Of a DNA stretch of 32,000 nucleotides, positions 26,279 to 32,000 are shown piece by piece. The stretch is taken from NCBI GenBank assembly GCA_965219535.1, contig CBDCNV010000001.1, positions 1,590,001 through 1,622,000 on the forward strand, given 5' to 3'. The DNA comes from Opitutales bacterium. GTDB taxonomy: Bacteria; Verrucomicrobiota; Verrucomicrobiia; Opitutales; PNEW01. A model generated the notes under the pieces. It ran no database searches, was not told the origin of the DNA, and saw nothing but the letters and a program-made list of their open reading frames with translations. Position numbers and translations under genes: made by a program. Position 1 is the first letter of the stretch. Each line of letters begins with the position of its first letter.

Positions 26279-26302
26279 TGGGATGATCTGTTCAGGAGGC
26301 AA

Positions 26303-27862
26303 TTGAATAACCCAGACAACATTTCCCACAAGCTCTATGCCAATGAGAGTGTATTACTCCTTGATGAGACTTTGATCGAGGAGGAGAACGGTATCCGAAG
26401 GGAAGTCCAACCGGGGAAGACGATACCTTTCGTTATGGAGCCCGACATAGACAAACCGTGGGAGTATTGCGGTCCTGGGATGAGCAAGCGAATCCACCTA
26501 TACGGTACAACGCTCTATGACGACCTAGTGGGAAAATATCGGATGTGGTACTTCGGCCGTATGGGCCCTCACTGGCGCGCCCCCGCTTGCAACTATCAGA
26601 TACCTGGACTCTTTGTACCGCGCACTGACGAAAAACCTTACAACTGCAACGGTGTTACCGAAGATAAGTTCGGGAGATCCTTTGTCGACAACGACCGGGG
26701 TGATCTGACCTTGTATGCAGAGAGCGATGACGGCATCAACTGGGACAAACCTAAACTGGGCATCTTCACTTTCAACGGAAGCACTGAGAATAATATCATA
26801 TGGGATTTTCACGGGGCCTCGGTGTTCATTGACCGGGAGGAAAAAGACTCCGACAAAAGGTACAAGGCCATCGGCTTCTGTCGGCGCTATCGCAATATAT
26901 TCATGATCACTTCTCCCGATGGCATTCATTGGGATGACAAAGATTATATCGAACCCGTGTCCCGACGCGGCAACGAGGGCTCTTTCAATGTAATCTATGA
27001 TTCGAGGTATCATATCTTCCGGGCTTACTCAATCGTGCGGTTTAATGATAAAGAAAAAAGGAGGGTTATCTGTTACACGGAGAGCCCATCCTTGGAAGGA
27101 CCCTGGAAGGAGCCGCAACCGATGCTCGAGCCGAATAGTTGGGACGATGAAATAGGGCGCCGGAATTACAAAGCGCTGCGCGCCGAGTTTCACAACATGT
27201 CTGCCTTTCGTTACAATAATATTTATCTTGGTTTACTGGGAGTTCTTTATGTGACAGCAGAGCAGATTCCCAGCCAGGAAAACCAGGTGCCCTGTGACGG
27301 ACCCATCGATTCACAGATCGTCTATAGCCGGGACGGCATCAGTTGGGCGCGCGCCGATAGAAACCGGACTGCGGCAATACCCCGGGGTGGCGAAGACGCA
27401 TTTGACCGGGGGATGATTCTTGGAATAGCCAAAGAGCCGATTATCGAGGGCGACGAGATTCACTGGTATTACACCGGCTGTGAACATACCCATGGTGAAA
27501 CGGATATGGAAAAGCGGGTTAAACGTCTGGGGCGTGCGACCTGGCTGAGAGATCGTTTTGTCGCATTGTGTGCAAAAGAAGACGGTATGATTGCGACCAG
27601 AACTTTTACCCTGCCAGGGGGTACCCAGAGTCTGGAAGTAAATGCCAATGCTTCAGGTGGTCAGTTGTCAGCAGAACTATGCGACGCAGAGGGTAGGGTC
27701 TTGAACGGCTTTTCGAAGGATGAATGCGTGCCGTTGAACAGCGATGAGTTGCGATGGCAGCTTAAATGGAAAAAAGGTGATTTTGCGACAGTCAAAGACG
27801 CGGTGAAATTTCGGTTCATTCTCAATGGAGCCAAAGTTTACAGTTTTACATTTTGCCATTAG
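26303..27862 (+). CDS. beta-propeller (Asp-box-like) glycoside-hydrolase-like protein, paralogue 3
   Basis: The TTG start lies just after AGGAGG. Blade motifs SDDGINW, SPDGIHW and SRDGISW are present. The C-terminal tail is ...VKFRFILNGAKVYSFTF. Confidence 0.6.
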   Translation: MNNPDNISHKLYANESVLLLDETLIEEENGIRREVQPGKTIPFVMEPDIDKPWEYCGPGMSKRIHLYGTTLYDDLVGKYRMWYFGRMGPHWRAPACNYQIPGLFVPRTDEKPYNCNGVTEDKFGRSFVDNDRGDLTLYAESDDGINWDKPKLGIFTFNGSTENNIIWDFHGASVFIDREEKDSDKRYKAIGFCRRYRNIFMITSPDGIHWDDKDYIEPVSRRGNEGSFNVIYDSRYHIFRAYSIVRFNDKEKRRVICYTESPSLEGPWKEPQPMLEPNSWDDEIGRRNYKALRAEFHNMSAFRYNNIYLGLLGVLYVTAEQIPSQENQVPCDGPIDSQIVYSRDGISWARADRNRTAAIPRGGEDAFDRGMILGIAKEPIIEGDEIHWYYTGCEHTHGETDMEKRVKRLGRATWLRDRFVALCAKEDGMIATRTFTLPGGTQSLEVNANASGGQLSAELCDAEGRVLNGFSKDECVPLNSDELRWQLKWKKGDFATVKDAVKFRFILNGAKVYSFTFCH

Positions 27863-27939
27863 TAATGGAGAGTAAAGGGAGACTTATATAAAGTGCGTAT
27901 TGATGAACTTATAAGGATCCGATTTTTAAGAAGGGCTCC

Positions 27940-28836
27940 ATGGCATCATTAAGCCAATCAGAAGTAAACACCTACCGGGATCAGGGCTACCTGGTTCTGC
28001 GACAGTGTATTAATCCTGATGGCTTGTCATCCGCGCGCGTTTTAATTGACGAGCTCGTGAACAGGCACGCACGCGAACTCTACCATGCAGGAAAGATTTC
28101 TTCCTTACATGAAGGAGAGTCGTTTGAGCGTCGCATGGTTGTCATTAATGAGGAAGCTGGGTTCAAAACTAGAAATTGGGATGTAACAGAAGTCTCCGAT
28201 TCCCCGGAACTGTACCCTCTCATACTCCATCCGGTTATCCTTGACAGCGTCGAGTCGCTCCTGGGATCTGAAATTGCCTGGACGGGCAGCTATGCCGCCA
28301 GACCAAAAATACCACAACATGAGTTGACCGCATTTCCCTGGCACCAGGATAGCCAATATTACGGCGAGCCAACTAAACACCTCCATATAGTGAGTGTGTG
28401 GATACCCCTGGTCGATGCGGATGAGCGCAATGGTTGTCTTTACATCATACCGGGCAGCCATAAATGGGGTATACTGAAGGGCGAACGCGCTGCAGATAGA
28501 AATATACGCACGTTCGAGGATGTAGAAAAAAAGGGTGAGCCGGTAGCTTTGCCCATGAGAGTGGGTGATATTCTTTTCTTCACCAATCTTACCTTTCATA
28601 CGAGCAAACTTAATTCCACTGACAAGGTGCGTTGGAGTGTGGACTTGCGCTATGTCGTGCCACCAGAATCACAAACACTGACCGAACACGAGCGGGAAGG
28701 CTATAACACGCTCAATGATCACTATAAGATGTCAAACATTACCGTTCGCAGTCGTCAGCCAGAGAAGATTGCGAGCATACAGCAACTGAAGGAATACGTT
28801 ACCCGGCGCATAGAGCAGTTGGCAGAATCCAGGTAA
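27940..28836 (+). CDS. PhyH-family Fe(II)/2-oxoglutarate dioxygenase (closest paralogue of 21644-22552)
   Basis: The motifs are PWHQDSQYY (HxD), NGCLYIIPGSHKWG and LTFHTSKLN. The N-terminus SEVNTYRDQGYLVLRQCINP parallels EEINRYEEDGCLVLRQVLNP. Confidence 0.85.
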   Translation: MASLSQSEVNTYRDQGYLVLRQCINPDGLSSARVLIDELVNRHARELYHAGKISSLHEGESFERRMVVINEEAGFKTRNWDVTEVSDSPELYPLILHPVILDSVESLLGSEIAWTGSYAARPKIPQHELTAFPWHQDSQYYGEPTKHLHIVSVWIPLVDADERNGCLYIIPGSHKWGILKGERAADRNIRTFEDVEKKGEPVALPMRVGDILFFTNLTFHTSKLNSTDKVRWSVDLRYVVPPESQTLTEHEREGYNTLNDHYKMSNITVRSRQPEKIASIQQLKEYVTRRIEQLAESR

Positions 28837-28866
28837 AAACGCTGAAAGCATCAACTCAGGCACGCT

Positions 28867-29853
28867 TCACTTTCTGGGAGATTCCGGTACTTTTGCCATG
28901 GGCACATTACCGATATCCAAGACGATGGCTTCGAGCAATAGCTGGAAGCCCATGATGGTTGGTAATGCGCTAAGCATGACCGTGCCAGCAGTGGCCGGCA
29001 GCCCGAAACGTATCGACTGGATCCAGTGGTAGCTGCCAAACACAACACCGAAACCCATGCTAAATAGCCCCAGGGCTACGAACAGAGAAACTGCAGTAAA
29101 ATTCTGCCAGACATAGCAGTGCATGAACCTCCGGACCATCACCGATAACAGGTAGAGCGGAAATTCCACCAGCGATTTGAACAGGTTCAAGGAACTCCGC
29201 TCGCCCCTGTAAATGGCCGGCATCGCCACCTGCATCACGGGCACATGGTGTAAATATAGGTTGGCGAGCATGCTGCTTTCGAAGAGATAACGCGGTTTCA
29301 AACGTTCGAAATCTAGTAACTGCAGCGTTTGAGCCGAAATTGCCGTGAAGCCATTGGTCGGGTCGAAAAGATTCCAATACCCGGATGCCAGCTTGATCAG
29401 GAAGGAAAGCCCCAAGTTACCGATCTTACGCATCAGCGGCATCTTCTGGACATAACCCCAGTTCTGAAAGCGATTGCCCTTGGTATATCCCACCTGTCCG
29501 CTGGCTACAGGTTGCACTAGTTCCTCAATATAGGTGGAATCCATCTGCCCGTCACCATCCAGCTTGACTACGATGGCGGCATTTTTCTCTAGAGCCATGT
29601 GGTAGCCCGACTTTGTTGCCCCTCCTACCCCTTGATTTTTTTCATGGTGGATTACAATTAAACGCTCGTTCGATCGCGCCAGTCGATCGAGCAACGCTCC
29701 AGTGTTATCAGGCGAACAGTCGTCAACCGCAATGATCGTCTGAACATAAGGCGGAATTTGGCCGATGACGCTCTCAATATGTTTCTCGACACAGTAAGCC
29801 GGGATGACGACCACAATGTGGAGTGAGCTCTCTGCAGTCATATTAATCTTCAA
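28867..29853 (-). CDS. family-2 glycosyltransferase with C-terminal TM helices (polyprenyl-phosphate glycosyltransferase-like, GtrB/ArnC type)
   Basis: The motifs are VVVIPAYCVEKHI...IIAVDDCSPDNT...NQGVGGATKSGY...VKLDGDGQMD (DxD). Two hydrophobic helices lie near the C-terminus. Confidence 0.75.
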   Translation of the reverse strand: MKINMTAESSLHIVVVIPAYCVEKHIESVIGQIPPYVQTIIAVDDCSPDNTGALLDRLARSNERLIVIHHEKNQGVGGATKSGYHMALEKNAAIVVKLDGDGQMDSTYIEELVQPVASGQVGYTKGNRFQNWGYVQKMPLMRKIGNLGLSFLIKLASGYWNLFDPTNGFTAISAQTLQLLDFERLKPRYLFESSMLANLYLHHVPVMQVAMPAIYRGERSSLNLFKSLVEFPLYLLSVMVRRFMHCYVWQNFTAVSLFVALGLFSMGFGVVFGSYHWIQSIRFGLPATAGTVMLSALPTIMGFQLLLEAIVLDIGNVPMAKVPESPRK

Positions 29854-29906
29854 GCCTTTGATTCATGTTTAAACTAATAGCCTTTGGCTTCTTAATAAGA
29901 AAACCG

Positions 29907-31388
29907 TTATTTTTTTATAATCACCGAATTTTCTGGGCAACATTTTTCATCGTATCTATCGATGATATAAAATTCTGACATCGTAGGCCCAGTCATAAAA
30001 ATACTAATGGGCTGCATACCCACAACACAATAGCGCACTCCAGGTTTTAGTTGATCCCACCAAGTAGATGCCCCCCATAATTTTGCTGCAGTGAGATAAT
30101 CGATTTTTTCAATGTTATAATTATGCCAATTGACGCGGGTTATGTAGAGGAAAAGACTGCTTAATAATAGTAAAATACAAAGAGATATTCTGGGAAATTT
30201 TTTGTAAACGTGTGGAAATAACATTGCAATAGTAGCAGCCCAGCTCAGTGGTAAATATTGATAATAGCGCAACTCATGGGATTGGGGGAGAATAGCTTGA
30301 AAACACAGAAATAACGCCATAGCTAAAATCAGATAGGTTCCTTTTTTCCTATGAAAAATCAATGACAGAATCACAACCAGAATTAGATTTATTACCACTG
30401 AAATATTCCAGAATCCACCCATGCGAAAAGCTAACCTGGCATTACCCTGATCGATAATCCAACGAGGTCGGTGAGTATAACTGGTTGGATGATTGATTTC
30501 GAAAAAGGAATGAATGAAAAGCTCAATCTGGCTTAAGTGGGCTAAAGGGGGCGGCTTTTGTTTTAAAAGCGATATTGTTTGATCGTACTTGTACGGAAAC
30601 CATTCACCCACCAGAGGTAATTTTAATGGCCAAAAAGGATTTTGGTAAAAAGCAAGATTCTTAATGTAAGGGGAAGCGGCGATTATCAATCCCACCGCCA
30701 CAATCGCTAAGAATCTGTGGCGTTTTTTTGCTACCCAAAATTTTGGCCGTAGATAGATAATAAGCAAAAAAATAAAGAAGACGGCGGTTAAAGGGACCAA
30801 TTGGTATTTGGACCAAGCAGCAGCGACTAATCCGAATAAACTCCATATGAGCAAAGAACGATCCTGATATTGATTAAAAAGATACATGTAGATGCATGAA
30901 CTTATTCCTATAGCTAGGAATGAATTCGAAAAGAGATCTATATAATTGTCTGTCACGTGAATTAAAATCATCGGAGTAGTTAAGGCAATCAAAGCAACTA
31001 ACCAGAACCGGGCATTTAATTTTCGATGGCAAAAGACAAGGAAGATACAAAATGCTATATAATTGATAACTCCTGTGGCATTCATGGATCCGGTTATACG
31101 CCACAATATCCCTTGAATCAAATGGGGCAAAGGAGGAAAGCCTTGATAGAAATTGTACATTTCCTCATTCATTTCATAGGGAATGTTTAACCCTCCTCTT
31201 AAAGACGCAAAGGGTATATGGTAACTAAACGTGTCCCAGCGAAGCCCTAGACGTAATACGGATCGAATCGCCAAGATACTGAGAGCCACTATAACAATCA
31301 AAGCGCAGAGCATACTGAAGTAATCGATCCAGTTTCTATTGTTCAGATGATCTTTAAATCTGGCAATGAATTCGGTTTTGCTTTTCAC
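29907..31388 (-). CDS. polytopic membrane protein, GT-C-fold (ArnT/PMT-like) glycosyltransferase candidate
   Basis: The 493-aa product has many TM segments throughout and sits directly upstream of the GT2 gene on the same strand. The family call rests on architecture and context only. The start is GTG. Confidence 0.4.
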   Translation of the reverse strand: MKSKTEFIARFKDHLNNRNWIDYFSMLCALIVIVALSILAIRSVLRLGLRWDTFSYHIPFASLRGGLNIPYEMNEEMYNFYQGFPPLPHLIQGILWRITGSMNATGVINYIAFCIFLVFCHRKLNARFWLVALIALTTPMILIHVTDNYIDLFSNSFLAIGISSCIYMYLFNQYQDRSLLIWSLFGLVAAAWSKYQLVPLTAVFFIFLLIIYLRPKFWVAKKRHRFLAIVAVGLIIAASPYIKNLAFYQNPFWPLKLPLVGEWFPYKYDQTISLLKQKPPPLAHLSQIELFIHSFFEINHPTSYTHRPRWIIDQGNARLAFRMGGFWNISVVINLILVVILSLIFHRKKGTYLILAMALFLCFQAILPQSHELRYYQYLPLSWAATIAMLFPHVYKKFPRISLCILLLLSSLFLYITRVNWHNYNIEKIDYLTAAKLWGASTWWDQLKPGVRYCVVGMQPISIFMTGPTMSEFYIIDRYDEKCCPENSVIIKK

Positions 31389-31554
31389 ACCTCTCTTGAG
31401 TAATTTTACATAGCCATGTAAGTCGCTTCTTTGGCTGCATAATCACTGCATCTCTCAATCTTTGGATTACTGCAGGCATAGAATTGATAAAGCGAAACTG
31501 TCTTGGATAATCCGAAGTAACAACACTCAACATAATCGAAGAAGAATTCCAGCG

Positions 31555-32000
31555 CTACAGCCGGTGGCTGTCTGCAGCGTGTTTTGCCCCGAGGCCATTC
31601 TTCATACGCATGAGCTGCCTTTGGCGTTCGGTCAGTTGGTCGAACCATTCTTCCGGAAATTCGTCGTGCGGATCGTTCTGGAATACGAGCATCCTTTTCC
31701 TGTAGTGGCCGAAGAGTGCGTGACGATTCTTGTCTCCGGTATTCCGACCCCCACCGTGCCAGGTCTGGCCGTTGAATACGAGCACGCTTCCAATCGGTGC
31801 GATCGCATCGGCTACGTGCTTCAGCTCCAGGCCTTCTGGCGGCGCGGCAAAGCCGCTCTTGTGTGAGCCGGGTACTGCACGGGTCGCACCATTCTTCGAA
31901 GTAAATTCATCCAGCATCCATACCGTATTCATCATCACGGGTGACGTCATGTTCAGCATTTCGGTCGAGATGTCGCTGTGCAGTCCCTGGTAACCGTCGC
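31555..32000 (-). CDS. PhyH-family dioxygenase, C-terminal part (gene runs off the right edge)
   Basis: The reading frame stays open upstream of the track's Met: ...GYQGLHSDISTEMLNMTSP... supplies the HxD (LHSD). This is followed by NGATRAVPGSHKSG and the distal His in GQTWHGGGRN. Confidence 0.75.
   Translation of the reverse strand, partial: DGYQGLHSDISTEMLNMTSPVMMNTVWMLDEFTSKNGATRAVPGSHKSGFAAPPEGLELKHVADAIAPIGSVLVFNGQTWHGGGRNTGDKNRHALFGHYRKRMLVFQNDPHDEFPEEWFDQLTERQRQLMRMKNGLGAKHAADSHRL

Noticed and set aside
26525-27013. 162-aa antisense ORF inside the third propeller gene. Similar antisense ORFs lie at 28105-28599 (164 aa), 1867-2269, 3735-4059, 5115-6485, 11894-12745 and 18135-18479.
   Set aside because: All lie fully within, and opposite to, longer ORFs that have clear family motifs. 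None has its own recognisable domain or ribosome-binding site.
31406-31993. ORFs of 80-134 aa on both strands around 31.4-32.0 kb.
   Set aside because: The minus-strand frame carrying LHSD...PGSHKSG...WHGGGRN is clearly the PhyH gene. The other ORFs overlap it or its short downstream spacer and have no support.

Overview
I see no rRNA, tRNA or CRISPR array in this window. The taxon cannot be determined from the sequence. The gene content (many PhyH dioxygenases, a DUF6807/PmoA-like protein, secreted Sel1 and Ig-like proteins, lipoprotein family-5 SBPs) is reminiscent of uncultivated marine or host-associated bacteria, which is a guess only. The left third (1-11.2 kb) is accessory-looking. It holds a partial aldo/keto reductase, a 737-aa PHP/DUF3604-like metallohydrolase candidate and one IS481-family IS nested in heptamer repeats beside a decayed gene tail. 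It also holds a 749-aa secreted protein (duplicated N-terminal domain plus an Ig-like domain), a secreted Sel1-repeat protein, small orphan ORFs, an M20-peptidase remnant and a luciferase-like monooxygenase. The right two thirds (11.4-32 kb) read as one oxygenase-rich uptake/catabolic island. It contains three paralogous beta-propeller (Asp-box-like) proteins, each followed on the same strand by an oxygenase (one LLM monooxygenase, two PhyH). It has five PhyH-family Fe(II)/2-oxoglutarate dioxygenases in total (one partial at the right edge), a DUF6807/PmoA-like protein and a D-2-hydroxyacid-dehydrogenase-like protein. Three tandem ~680-aa lipoprotein family-5 substrate-binding proteins sit in the middle with no permease or ATPase in the window. 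I could recognise no canonical CAZyme, sulfatase or SusCD. This propeller-plus-oxygenase modular locus is my best candidate for an undescribed system. Intergenic DNA is unusually structured. It carries 7-8-nt tandem arrays, including a TTTTGAC(A/C) 8-mer array upstream of two different transcription units of the island. It also carries three copies of a TTGTCAT(C)GCG...CGCAATGACAA palindromic element and two ~109-bp palindromic elements after SBP2 and SBP3. These two elements share an identical 37-nt core, and one arm of each is a perfect reverse complement of the other once a 30-nt segment is removed. A GT2 plus GT-C-like membrane glycosyltransferase pair lies at the right end. All functional calls come from motif recognition by eye and no database search was run.
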